A stretch of DNA of 64,000 nucleotides from NCBI RefSeq assembly GCF_006345805.1, contig NC_043010.1:55552001-55616000 (forward strand), given 5' to 3'. Every line of letters begins with the position of its first letter. Position 1 is the first letter of the stretch. Of this stretch, positions 37,215-49,542 are shown piece after piece. The translations under genes and the position numbers were made by a program. A model generated the notes under the pieces. It saw only the letters and a list, made by a program, of their open reading frames with translations, had not been told where the DNA came from and ran no database searches. The DNA comes from Octopus sinensis (lineage: Eukaryota).

Positions 37215-37880
37215 CCTCTTTGAACAGGGGAGTGGTAGGCAGTTGAATGACATATTGTGGTAACTTGTTCAACGGGGCTGTGATACGGACGGAGAATGCA
37301 GCCTTCCGCCTGTTGAGTCGAAAGTGCCGGGGATAGAGTTTGCGATCATGCCCACGAAGATCTCTACCCTGCGTAAGGGTGAAAAACTCCGCAAACGGTA
37401 GGTTTACATTCCCCTTGAAAATGTTGAAAGCCAAGATGAGATCCCCCACCCCGCATTCTCCGTCGTTCGTGTAAAGGTAATGCCAGCCGTTGGGGACATT
37501 CCTCATATCTAAGCTTAGACAATCCCGCGACCATTCGGATGGCTTAGTATTGAACCCGTTCCAAGTGCTGAATGTCTTTCTGGAGATATAGGTTTAATAC
37601 CTGGATTCGATTATTCGAGGATGGGTCGAACTTGAGTGACATATAAAGGCCGAAAGACGTCCATTGAAAGGTTGGCAAAGGACAGGCGGATGAGGAAAAG
37701 ATTCCTTCTGGCTTTGTTCGCCGCCTCGTTACACTACCGTATTGGTTTGAAAGTAGCATCGATCACTATGCCGATATTGTGGTGTTGCATTGATAATAGA
37801 TACAATACCTTCTGTACGATCATAATAAACAAGAACAGGTATGTAGAATTTCTTTTGATTAGGAAAGATGAAGGACAGCG
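37215..37880 (-). mobile_element. CR1-like LINE fragment (RT thumb to ORF2 end)
   Basis: NIGIVIDATFKPIR*CNEAANKARRNLFLIRLSFANLSMDVFRPLYVTQVRPILE*...YLQKDIQHLERVQ...GDLILAFNIFKG...LRGHDRKL...RRKAAFSVRI...LNKLP. Confidence 0.85.
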
Positions 37881-38644
37881 TTAATAGCTACCTTTTCATC
37901 TGGCGCCCTGATGCCCTTTAATTACTTACTATCTATGTACCGTCATTGTAGGATCATTTGGTGTCAAACCTCATATACAAGTTGTGCATTTTTAGTAAAC
38001 TCCTCTTATTCCAGTTAATGGAATCTCTCTGATATATTCCAGTCAAGTACATCAAGTCCATGTATTTTCAAATACTAGTTTAAATGTGTTAATGGCAAAT
38101 GTAGTATTCATGGTATTGTTTAAAAACTTTTTTCTTATCTGTGTTCGGAAGAAAGGAGCTGGTTCTATGACCTTCGTAGGTTCTCAGACGTCAAAGTAAT
38201 CGACTTGATGCATTTTCTACTTGAATAAGTGGCGGTAGAAAGAAACCATGGCGGATAGTAAAACGACGAGAAAAGCAAAATGAATGCTGTGCGTTGCATC
38301 GTCATAGTTCCACTTTATACAACAGCTGAACTTTTCCCTAAAATGCTTCCTAACAGCTTTAAACAAGAAAGGATATATAGCATAATGTAAGTGCATAAAG
38401 CATCACTATGATCATACCTAGACGCCTTTGTTCATGAGTCTCTAAATAATGGCCGGCCTCGTATATAAATAAAACCGACAAAACTCTCCTAAGTGTTACA
38501 TAGAAGTAATGGTGGAATTTTGAACTTTATACTTTCAAGTTGAATATTGTTAAAAGCTCCGTTTCAATTGTGTGCATGTCAATGTTTAAGCGGAATTTGT
38601 GCAATGTATTCTAATGGTGGTGTACTTCTATTAAGCTATGCTAA

Positions 38645-38826
38645 TAAATGCAGGCATGGATGTGTGGCAAGAGGCTTGCTTCCCAGCCATATGGTTCCTG
38701 GTTCTGTCTCACTGTGTGGCATCTTGGGCAAGTGTCTTCTACTATAGCCATGGGCCGGCCAAAGCCTTGTGAATGAGTTTGGTAGAAACTGAAGGATGAC
38801 CGTATGTGTGTGTGTGTGTGTGGTGT

Positions 38827-38884
<58 letters not shown>

Positions 38885-39520
38885 CGTATGGCTCAGTGCT
38901 TAGGGCGTCGAGCTTACGATCCTGAGTTTGGGAGCTCGAAAACCGGACCAGGCTGCCTGTTGTGTTCTTGAGCAAGACACTTTATTTCACGTTGCTCCAG
39001 TTCACTCAGCTGTAGAAATGAGTTGCGGCGTCCCAGGTGCCAAGCTGTATCGGCCTTTGCCTTTTCTTTTGATAACACTGGTGACGTGGAGTGGGGAGGC
39101 CGGTACGCATGGACGACTGCTGGTCATCCATAAACAACCTTGCCCGGATTTGTGCCTAGGAGAGTAACTTTCTAGGTGCAATCCCATGGTCAGTCATAAC
39201 CGAAGGGTGTCTCAGCATATATATATATATATATGTTTGTGTTTGTGTGTGTGTGTCTGTCTGTCTGCGTGTTTGTGTGTATGTATGTCAGTGTGAGTGT
39301 GTGTGTTTGTGTCTGTGTTTGTCCTCCACCGCCGTATAACAACCGGTGCAGGTGTGTACGACTCCCGTAACCTAGCGGTTCGGCAAAAAACCCCGATGGA
39401 ATAAGTACCAAGCTTAAAACAAAACCAAGTATATAAAGTCGATACATTCGACTAAAATTTCAAGGTGGCGCCCCAGCATGGCCGCAGTCAAATGACTGAA
39501 ACAAGCAAAAGATAACAGAT
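38645..39520 (+). mobile_element. Older SINE-B split by a SINE-D insertion
   Basis: 5' half at 38645-38810, 3' half at about 39230-39520 ending CCCCAGCATGGCCGCAGTCAAATGACTGAAACAAG. Confidence 0.8.
38879..39213 (+). mobile_element. SINE-D nested in the SINE-B central microsatellite
   Basis: Complete SINE-D between the (GA)n and (TA)n parts of the host microsatellite. Confidence 0.85.
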
Positions 39521-39907
39521 AAGAGAGATGAAATTCCTTCAGCATCCACCGGCGAATATAAGTTATCTGTTACGGCTTGCTTATTACCATCTGTTTTGCA
39601 TTTCAATGTTTTAACTATTAATTTATTGCGTCTGCTATATTCTTTCCCAATCCTTTCTTTTTCTCGTGGGTATTGCACTACGACTTGTTTGTTGATTCCT
39701 AACTAATTGCATGTCTGAGCTTCTTCAAATTCTCACATCTCTATTTCTTTATATAGCACGATAGCTTTTATATTTTTTCTTCTTCTCAATCTATTTTTTC
39801 TGTATGTAATATAGCTTTGAAAGCATATTTTCTAATCTATATCTTGCATCACATTCCTTGAGGAAAAAATCCATCTATCTGTGTACTGGGCTGCGACAGA
39901 ATATCTA

Positions 39908-40118
39908 CACTTTTACTTTTTTTACTCTTTTACTCGTTTCAGTCATGTGACTGTGGCCATGCTGGAGCACCGCCTTTTAGTCGAGCAAATCGACCCTAGG
40001 ACTTATTCTTTGTAAGCCTAGTACTTATTCTCTCGGTCTCTTTTGCCGAACCGCTAAGTTACGGGGACGTAAACACAGCAGCATCGGTTGTCAAGCGATG
40101 TTGGGGGGACAAACACAG

Positions 40119-40177
<59 letters not shown>

Positions 40178-40340
40178 CGACGGGCTTCTTACAGTTTCCG
40201 TCTACCAAATCCACTCACAAGGGTTTGGTCGGCCCGAGGCTGTAGTAGACGACACTTGCCCAAGGTGCCACGCAGTAGGACTGACCCGGAACAAATTGGT
40301 TCGTAAGCAAGCTACTTACCACACAGCCACTCCAACGCCT
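39908..40340 (-). mobile_element. SINE-B full-length
   Basis: Matches the family consensus on the minus strand. Confidence 0.9.
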
Positions 40341-40806
40341 ATAAGTTTTATTTTGCATTTTTATCATATGCCACCTTACAACCTATGCTCATCAAAGACA
40401 GTTGCTCCTACTCCCAGATGAATTTAACTATAATTAAGTATAATTACACGTAAAAATTGTATTAGTGTCATGCGGAAAAGAAAAAAGTAAGGAGAAGATG
40501 TCCCCATGAAATATTCATTGTCTTTTGTTTTTTACTTGAGTTGAACAAATTTTTATAATTTTCACTGCCGTCAATCATTGCAGAATTGCTTGGGAATTGC
40601 TCTTTTGTTAAAGTATCACTTCATTATTGTTGCTATCATATTCTTGGCTGATATTTCGGAATAATGCCAAATATCTTCTGTTAATTAATCCATGTCGTGT
40701 CAAGACTCTTCTATAATCCTTGGTTAAATATCAATTGTTGATCTTTAATTCTGTATGAAAGCAATCTTCCTTCTGGTAAGGGCTTGATTCCTTATTCATT
40801 TCCTTT

Positions 40807-41170
40807 GCGAATGACTCAGTGGTTAAAGCGTCGAGCTCACAGTCATATGTGAGTTCGATTCCCAGATTGAGTTGTGTATTGTGTTCTTGAGAAAGACACT
40901 TTTCATCACAGATCTATATTTAAGGGATGAGGAATTATGTACATTATTTACATCGTTTACATTTGACGGATATTTGTCCACATCTTGTTTATTGTTAACA
41001 CAACGTTTCGGCTGATACACCCTCCAGCCTTCATGGGGTATCTTGGGAAAATTTTGAACCTGGGTTCTCATTCCTAAAGTATTTTTCGATGTTAGGATTA
41101 TTATTATTATTATTCAGGTTACTGCCTGGAATTCCGAGTTCGATTCCAGGCAGTGACCTGAATAATAACA

Positions 41171-41233
<63 letters not shown>

Positions 41234-41605
41234 TCGAAAAATACCTTAGGAATGAGAACGCTGGTTCGAAGTTTCCCCAAGACACCTGATGAAATCTGGA
41301 GGGTACATTGGCCGAAACGTTGTGTTAACAATAAACGAGATGAGGACAGATATCCGTCAAATGTAAATAATGTAAATAATGTACTTTATTTCACGTTGCT
41401 CCAGTTCACTCAGCTGTAGAAATGGTGCCAAGCTGTATCAGCCTTTGCCTTTCCATAGGATAACATCGGTGGCGTGGAGAATGGAGCTGGTATGCAGAGG
41501 CGACTGTTGGTCTTCCATAAATAAACTTGCCCGGACTTGTGTCTCGGAGGGGAACATTCTAGGTGTAATCCCATGGTCATCCATGGCCGAAGGGGTTATT
41601 ACCTT
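40807..41605 (+). mobile_element. SINE-D split by a palindromic insertion
   Basis: Head to ...GACACTTT (40902); resumes ACTTTATTTCACGTTGCTCCAG at 41383. Confidence 0.8.
40903..41384. mobile_element. Fold-back (Penelope-type) element with two inverted hammerhead-like motifs
   Basis: About 155 bp inverted arms (from 40939; to 41384), (ATT)n/(AAT)n and a central hairpin TTCAGGTTACTGCCTGGAAT/ATTCCAGGCAGTGACCTGAA. Hammerhead cores at 41281-41326 (+) and 40997-41042 (-); candidate 5-bp TSD ACTTT. Confidence 0.75.
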
Positions 41606-41689
41606 TATAGATGTATATTTATTCTCGGCAATATTATCACAATTAAGGCTCTATAAGCTGTAGGAAAAGTGATTATTGGTCTAGTTTCT

Positions 41690-42450
41690 CGGGTTTAATA
41701 CTCCCATATTTCACCTCACTGGTTCATCTAGATAAAGTCTCCAGTTCATTTGTATCTTATGAAACATCTCCGATAGTACCTTATTTATCCATGATAAATC
41801 ATTTAACCCCAAATTTGAGATGTTGCCGCCTTCTAGACCCTTCCAATTTTTTCTTGTATGGATATATTTTTCACGTCTGATGTACTTTTTGGATTGTTAC
41901 AGCCTCTTAAAATTGTTCATATTTTGCGTTCACTCCAGTGAATAATCGCAACTGTGGTGATTCTTTCGCTGTCCATATTCTTTCACAATATTCTATTTCG
42001 CATTTGTGTTTGGCACTACATTGATTTCTATCTTTTTTCTTGGTTCCTGATAAAACCGTTTTTGATTAGAATCAAATACTTTTTGTTCAAAGAATCGTAG
42101 CTGTTTTCGATAACAACTAATCCTTGATAATTTCGACATCACTTGTTTCAGACATTTTTTTTTTATATTTCCTTCTTTATTATTTTTTTTTGTAGTATCC
42201 GTCTGTGCTTTATTTTCCAGCAGTCTTGTTTTGTAGTTGATTTCCTTTAGGATTTACAGACTTTTCTGTGCTTATATTCTACCACTTTCTCCATCTTTGT
42301 TTTTCAAGACGGCCTTGATACGTCTTTACGAATAAATCTAATGGATTATCAATAGTCTACATTAACCTGGTAATATTGATGTTTGTGACTGTTTTCATTA
42401 AATCGATGACAGCCAGGTCCGCGTTTTACATTGTTATTGCTATTTTTCTC
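41690..42450 (-). mobile_element. Decayed R4/Dong-like ORF (pre-RT region)
   Basis: KLSRISCYRKQLRFFEQKVFDSNQKRFYQEP resembles the R4-clade ...NRLF.SNQKRFYQEL segment; many stops elsewhere. Confidence 0.5.
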
Positions 42451-42713
42451 CTTTGTGGTTCACTTAAATTTTCTGTCTTTCATTCTGTAATTATTTCCTC
42501 CTTTAGATTTTCATGTTCGTGATTTCTAATGCTAGACTTTCTTGATCTTAAATCTTTTTCGCATGATCTTAAATTTATATATTGTTGTCTTCCCACTTTG
42601 GTGTCGTTTTCTTATTCACTTACTCTAAAGCTCGTTTATCCTATCTTCAAAATGTACATTCCCAATCTATATATTGTTGTTTCTTTTGTGTTTTTCTTAA
42701 GCATTACCTCATA

Positions 42714-43100
42714 TGTGGAAGCACTCCGTCGGTTACGACGACGAGGGTTCCGGTTGATCCGATCAACGGAACAGCCTGCTCGTGAAATTAACGTGTATGT
42801 GGCTGAGCACTCCACAGACACGTGCACCCTTAACGTAGTTCTCGGGGATATTCAGCGTGACACAGAGAGTGACAAGGCCGGCCCTTTGAAATACAGGTAC
42901 AACAGAAACAGGAAGTAAGAGTGAGAGAAAGTTGTGGTGAAAGAGTACAGCAGGGATCACCACCATCCCCTGCCGGAGCCTCGTGGAGCTTTTTAGGTGT
43001 TTTCGCTCAATAAACATTCACAACACCCGGTCTGGGAATCGAAACCGCGATCTTATGACCGCGAGTCCGCTGCCCTAACCACTGGGCCATTGCGCCTCCA
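42714..43100 (-). mobile_element. SINE-C with tail type 4
   Basis: Standard head and body; tail ...GTTAATTTCACGAGCAGGCTGTTCCGTTGATCGGATCAACCGGAACCCTCGTCGTCGTAACCGACGGAGTGCTTCC. Confidence 0.85.
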
Positions 43101-43140
43101 TTACATCATATAAGTGAAGTAATTTCAATGTGATGTGTTT

Positions 43141-43520
43141 TATTTTGCACTGTGATTGTATCTGCATAAGTTCGTGGCAAAATTTCTTGTTTATAGGCAG
43201 GATATAAGCAGTTATATGTATGTTGAAGAGAAATATATAACCCTCGTATCCATCTTTGCCATTCCTCTGATATTTGTGATATTCGAATAGAGTATATCCA
43301 TCCTATATATCAACTGTTATCATATTTGCGCTGTGATTGTATCTGCATAAGTTATCTTATCTGTTGTGGTAAAATGTCTTGTTTATAGGCAGGCTGTATG
43401 CAGTTATATGCATGTTGAAGAGAAATATGTAACCCTCGTATCCATCTTTGCCATTCCTCTGATATTTGTAATATTTGAACAGTATATATCCATCCTATAT
43501 AAACTGTCATCATATTTTGG
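43141..43520. repeat. Tandem duplication of a about 180-190 bp unique unit
   Basis: TTGC(A/G)CTGTGATTGTATCTGCATAAGTT...AACCCTCGTATCCATCTTTGCCATTCCTCTGATATTTGT at 43145 and 43326. Confidence 0.9.
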
Positions 43521-44032
43521 GGGTATCAGTTGCTGCAATACCATGTTTTTATACGCTCTATACAAGTAACTTTTAAGCATAATGTTCAAACCACATAACC
43601 TACAACTAGAAGGAACGATCTTTATAGATATTATTTATCATTTAATGTGCCAAGCATTGATATAAACTGATATTGATATAAACCATGCTCAAACCGTCAT
43701 TTTACATGCGGTGTCTTATTGCCAACCGATTTGAACATTTATAGTATGTTATTTATATAACATACAATAGTTTTTTACAACTCTCCCTTTGATACTTCCG
43801 TATTTTATTTACTTATTTATTTATTTTGCATTGTTTCTTTTAATATGGATAGGTTTTAGCAGTTAAGCAGCGTTGGTTCGTGTTAAAACGACCTTTGGCC
43901 TCTTTGAGAAATACAATTCCTCTTTCTCTAAAGTCCAATGGAATTTTTTTCTCATAATCGTTTAGCATTCAGACTACTCTGTCAAATGTTATGCTTATTT
44001 ACTGGCATCATTTTTAATTAGGTTATATAGGT

Positions 44033-44323
44033 GACACCTTTCGGTCAAGAATGTCCATGGGATTGCACCTAGAAAGTTACCTTCCAAGGCACAAGTCCGG
44101 GCTAGGTCGTTTATGGAAGACCAGCAGTCGCCCATGCATACCGGCCTCCCCTCTCCAAGCCACTGATGTTATCCAAGGGAAAGGCAAAAGGGGCTGATGC
44201 AGCTTGGCACCTGTGACGTCGCAACTCATTTTTACAGCCGAGTGAACTGGAGCAATGTGAAATACAGTGTCTTGCTCAAGAACACAACACGCAGCCCAGT
44301 TCGGTAATCGAACTCACAACCTC
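44033..44323 (-). mobile_element. SINE-D, head partly truncated
   Basis: Family body and tail on the minus strand. Confidence 0.85.
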
Positions 44324-44724
44324 ATTCGATAAAATTATTATAAGCTGGATACCAGGGTCGAAGTAATCGACTGTACACCTTCAAAAAGTACTGGCCTTGT
44401 GCAAATATTCGAAACCGTTGTTATCATTTTTTTGCTGTTTTAGTCCACTTTCAATCGCTCATGAATTTGATCTATGTGTAACTGTCGTTTCGGCCATGTG
44501 TTACATAATGTCACAGAGGTGATCAGGAGCTGCAAAGCACCGCTGTATCTTCGACGTTCGGTGCCGAACTTGTTATATACACATTAAAAAATATTCCAAA
44601 AATTCCGTCGCTACAGAAAGGCTAGGAGTATGAAATAAAAGATAGAAATAGAGTCCCGCTATTCGTTCCCGCTATTCGTTCTAATTTCCACGACAAATGC
44701 CGATCGAGACAACGGCAGCAACAC

Positions 44725-45296
44725 GTGGAGGCGCAATGGCCTAGTGGTTAGGTCAGCGGACTCGCGGTCATAAGAACGCGGTTCCGATTCCCAGACCGGG
44801 CATTGTGAGTGTTTATTGATCAAAAGCACCTAAGCTCCAGGAGGCTCCGTTGGGGAGGGATGGTGAATCCCGCTGTACTCTTTCACCACAACTTTCTCTC
44901 GCTCTTTCTTCCTATTTCTGTCACAAAGCAGAGGAACCATGGTGTAATCCACTATGGTGTGGTAAACTTTCAGATTCTAGTCTAGATTGTGAATCGTCTG
45001 TACCCCAGGATGGTTCACCCGTTACAAGCCACCGTTGACGGAATGAGGATAACAACGTACCTTTCGCACCCGTGCATCCGCCAGTCTATCGCGTGTGGTG
45101 GGTGGATCTTCAAGTTGCCACACGCATTCTTAGTAGCTTAGAGTAGGCTCGAATTACGGATTATTCTTTGTGGCTAATGGCGTGAATCCTGATTGGAAGA
45201 AGAGGAGGAAGAAGAAGAAGAAGAAGAAGAAGAAGAAGAAGAAGAAGAAGAAGAAGAAGAAGAAGAAGAAGAAGAAGAAGAAGAAGAAGAAGAAGA
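44725..45296 (+). mobile_element. SINE-C with long tail type 5 and (GAA)n terminus
   Basis: Standard head and body, about 290 bp of unrelated tail ending TAATGGCGTGAATCCTGATTG, then about 100 bp of (GAA)n. Confidence 0.75.
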
Positions 45297-45888
45297 CAAC
45301 AGTAACATTATTAAAGCAAAAAAATCTATTGCAAGGAAGAAAGGAAAGAAAAAGAAACTCTATTGGACAAAAAACACGATTCCTCTCCCTGGGCCACTGC
45401 CACTACCACCACCAGTACCACCACCACCTTAACAGGTGGGATTTATCAACCAGGTATGAGAAAATGTAACCACCAAAACTAACGCAAAAGCAAACATATC
45501 AATGTAGCGAAGGTGTTACCTACAACCTGAAAAGGTATTTCTCTTGCAAACACTGCAAAACGATTTAACGCGTTTAAAAAGATGATTTAAATGTTGGCCA
45601 AATTGTAAGAAAATGGTGATATGTAACTCTAACTGGGTAAAGCCGGCATAACAAAAATTAAACAAAATGCTGTATCATCGGAACAAAATCGTGTCGGGTG
45701 GAATGTGTAAATGAGGCCCAAATACAAAAAGTGCCTTTGGCACATCTGACAACACGAAATCCACACCGTACGATGTAGGAAAATATATCCTATTGTTGAT
45801 GTGAGATTCGAAACAGTAGTAGAAGCAAGATTTCAATCCATAAACAACGTTGAAGGATGAAGAACTCTCTCTAATATTAATTATCGTG

Positions 45889-46320
45889 AGGCGGCGAGTT
45901 GGCAGAAACGTTAGCACGCCGGGCGAAATACGTAGCCGTATTTCGTCTGCCGTTACGTTCTGAGTTCAAATTCCGCCGAAATCGACTTTGCCTTTCATCC
46001 TTTCGGGGTCGATAAATTAAGTACCAGTTTACGCACTGGGGTCGATGTAATCGACTTGATCCGTTTGTCTGTCCTTGTTTGTTCCATCTGTGTTTAGCCC
46101 CTTCTGGGCAGTAAAGAAATAGGTATTTCGTCTGCCGCCACGTTCTGAGTTCAAATTCCGCCGAGGTCGACTTTGCCTTTCATCCTTTCGGGGTCGATTA
46201 AATAAGTACCAGTTGCGCAATGGGGTCGATTTAATCGACTTAATCCGTTTCTCTCTCTTTCTTTGTCTTCTCTGTGTTTAGCCCCTTGTGGGTAGTAGAG
46301 AAATAGGTTTTTCGTCCGTC
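45889..46320 (+). mobile_element. SINE-A head plus tandem internal units
   Basis: One head, two full units joined at AAAGAAATAG|GTATTTCGTC and the start of a third. Confidence 0.9.
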
Positions 46321-46647
46321 TGTTATTTAAGAGAATTTGACTGCTATTTCTAATTTATGATGCTAAACAATCCTGGCGCCTTCCTCGGTTCAATATGTAC
46401 CACATGAAATTTGCTGACACTAAAGGTGAAACTTAAAGTACATGATTAATTAAACATACTGGTGAGAGTAAGGTTAATTAACTGCAGTAACTAAAAATTA
46501 ATTAACTGTTCTGCAAGTGTTAAAATTGTGTAAATCAGTTAGAATGGAATTCAAGTCAAATATTAATTTATATCTGCAATTATAGAAGCAAAATAAATAC
46601 AATAACAGAAACATGTGATGTCTTAATTGTGTGAAATAATTGCGCGC

Positions 46648-46685
<38 letters not shown>

Positions 46686-46958
46686 ATATGTATGTATTTC
46701 AGTCCAAAATATATGTACAAGTCTTTATAAAATTAATATAATGTTGGTATATAATACGGAATACATAATTAGAAAACTCAATTAGGCAATTTTAAATTAT
46801 TGACGGAAATAAATTGATTAATTAAAACACAGATTTTAAATTGCATGATATTATATATTATATATATATATATTATATATATATATGTATGTATGAATGT
46901 ATGTATGTATATGCAACATAGATAGATAAATAACTTGCTAGCTAGCTAGCTAGCTAGC

Positions 46959-47050
<92 letters not shown>

Positions 47051-47059
47051 TAGATAGAT

Positions 47060-47114
<55 letters not shown>

Positions 47115-47121
47115 TATAGTT

Positions 47122-47158
<37 letters not shown>

Positions 47159-47897
47159 TTGATAGATAGACAGATGCATTCAATGGCGCTTGTTTTACCT
47201 TTTATATACGAGACATGCACTTTTGTGCACTTTTGCAAAACTGCTGGAATTAAATCTAACAGTTAAAAGATTCATTTACATTCCGTTATTTCCAAGTTAA
47301 ATCGATAAGAATTATTGAATATCGAAAAGTCAAATATATTTTCCACACAGTTGGTGCTAACTTATCTGTTCTGTTCAGGGTTTTTACTATTGATTAATCC
47401 TAGATCAAGTCTGATTGAAGCATATATATATTTAGTAGCGTTACCACCATAAACGTGTCAGCTTAATTTTCACACATCATGTATATAGCTGTATAGTATT
47501 AAATACATCCTTCATTACTAAGCTGCCAGATTATCTGAGATATATAATTTCCTGTTGGGTCTAAATTTTTAGAGATATCCTATCATTTATACAACCACAT
47601 GTGATTTTGTTAGTCTTAAAATGTGTGCATATTCGGTCGTGTTCACTTTCAAATTTTATAAAAATTGGAAATATACTGAAGAAAAAAGTAAGTAAAACTT
47701 AAATTACTTTAATCTCGAAACGCGTATATAGTTAATCCTGGTCGTTTTGATTCATTGTTTTTTCTCTGTGCTATCGTAAAAAAGTATGTTTACCGTCATG
47801 GAGATTCTTATACTTGTAGAAAAGGAACTTTTACCTCCCTTTTCTAATTTCGGTATGTGGTGAAACAGTTAGCTGAACCCTAATTATAATTACATAT

Positions 47898-47958
<61 letters not shown>

Positions 47959-48008
47959 ATATATATATAGTATATAAATAATATATAAATATATGCATAT
48001 ATGATGAT

Positions 48009-48343
48009 GACCCCCTTCGGTCAGACACTGACCATGGGTTTGCACCTAGAGAGTTACTCTCTGAAGCACAAGTCTGGGCAAGGTTGTTTCATGGAAGACC
48101 AGCAGTTGCCCATGCATACCGGCCTCCCCTGTCCACGTCACCGATGTTGCCCAAGGGAAAGGCAAAGGGACCGATACAGCTTGGCACCTGTGACGTCGCA
48201 ACTCATTTCTACAGCTGAGTGAACTGGAGCAACGTGAAATAAAGTGTCTTGCTCAAGAACACAACACGCAGCCCGGTCCGGGATTCGAGCTCACAACCTC
48301 ACGATCGTAAGCTTGACGCTCTAACCACTGAGCCACGCGCCTT
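48009..48343 (-). mobile_element. SINE-D full-length
   Basis: Reverse complement starts AGGCGCGTGGCTCAGTGGTTAGAGCG. Confidence 0.9.
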
Positions 48344-49131
48344 TCATGCATATATATACATACATATATTGTACATACATGCATATATGAGTACAGGACA
48401 TCAAAAACAGACAAATAAGAAACGAGAACATAAAAAGCAAAAACATAGAAGATGAAGATTTTTTCGAACAACGAAAGAAAGAAACAAACAGAGAAACGAG
48501 AATACAATATAAAGAATATTCCCCTTCATCAGTTGTCCCCTTTTTTATCTACTCCGCGTGTCGAAGGTAGGGACAAGAAGCGACATTGTTAAAACAGTCC
48601 TTCCCGCAAAGCAAATTAAATAATATTTGATATTTTTTTGCGGAGAGTGAAAATGGTAACAAAAATAGGACAATGAGAACAAAACAGTAAAAACACAACG
48701 ATGAGGCCTGTTAAGCCAAGACGATGTGAAGTGGTGAACGCTAGATAAACGAGCTTTGAGAAGAGACAGGTAAAAGCACGTCTTGTCTTTAGGAAGGCAG
48801 TAGAAGAAAGAATGGCCGTTGGTCACGTGTGAGCAACGAGAGAGTCAAGGAGGAAGAGTGAGAGAGAGAGGGACCGGTGAAGGGGAGAAGGGAAGAATAA
48901 GGAAAAGGTGGGAGAGAAAAACAGAAAGGAAGAACATGAGAGAGATATAGATAGAAAAAAGATAGAATAAGTGTGCGCATCGTAATTATTAAGATAAAAC
49001 TTAGTTGGAAAAGGATGCATGGCGTTCGTTGGTGAACTATAGTCGCTGTTGCTTTCCATTACACATTAAATGTGGGTGCTCTAAGTTTATCTTTTACTTT
49101 TTTTATTCCCATATAAATATTTCTTATATTT

Positions 49132-49542
49132 TCTCTTTTTCTCTTTTACTTGTTTCAGTCATTTGACTGCGGCCATGCTGGAGCACCGCCTTTAGTCGAG
49201 CAAATCGACTCCGGGACTTATTCTTTGTAAGCCCAGTACTTATTCTATCGGTCTCTTTTGCCGAACCGCTAAGTAACGGGGACGTAAACACACCAGCATC
49301 GGTTATCAAGCAATGCTAGGGGGACAAACACAGATACACAAACACACACACGCATATATATATATATATACATATGTACGACAGGCTTCTTTCAGTTTCC
49401 GTCTACCAAATCCACTCACAAGGCATTGGTCGGCCCGGGGCTAAAGCAGAAGACACTTGCCCAAGATGCCACGCAGTGGGACTGAACCCGGAACCATGTG
49501 GTTGGTTAGCAAGCTACTTACCACACAGCCACTCCTGCGCCT
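49132..49542 (-). mobile_element. SINE-B full-length
   Basis: Matches the family consensus. Confidence 0.9.

Noticed and set aside
45170-45469. Poly-K / poly-E-Pro ORFs
   Set aside because: They are read-through of the (GAA)n retroposon tail.
45889-46320. Regularly repeated palindromic motifs that might suggest a CRISPR array
   Set aside because: The whole about 175 bp unit repeats with no unique spacers, the context is eukaryotic and there are no cas genes.
48515-48575. Minus-strand CGA(A/C)AC...CTGA(T/A)GA arrangement in family E (also 10820-10865) as a type II hammerhead
   Set aside because: Stem I cannot pair, and the 48515 copy has no UH cleavage site.
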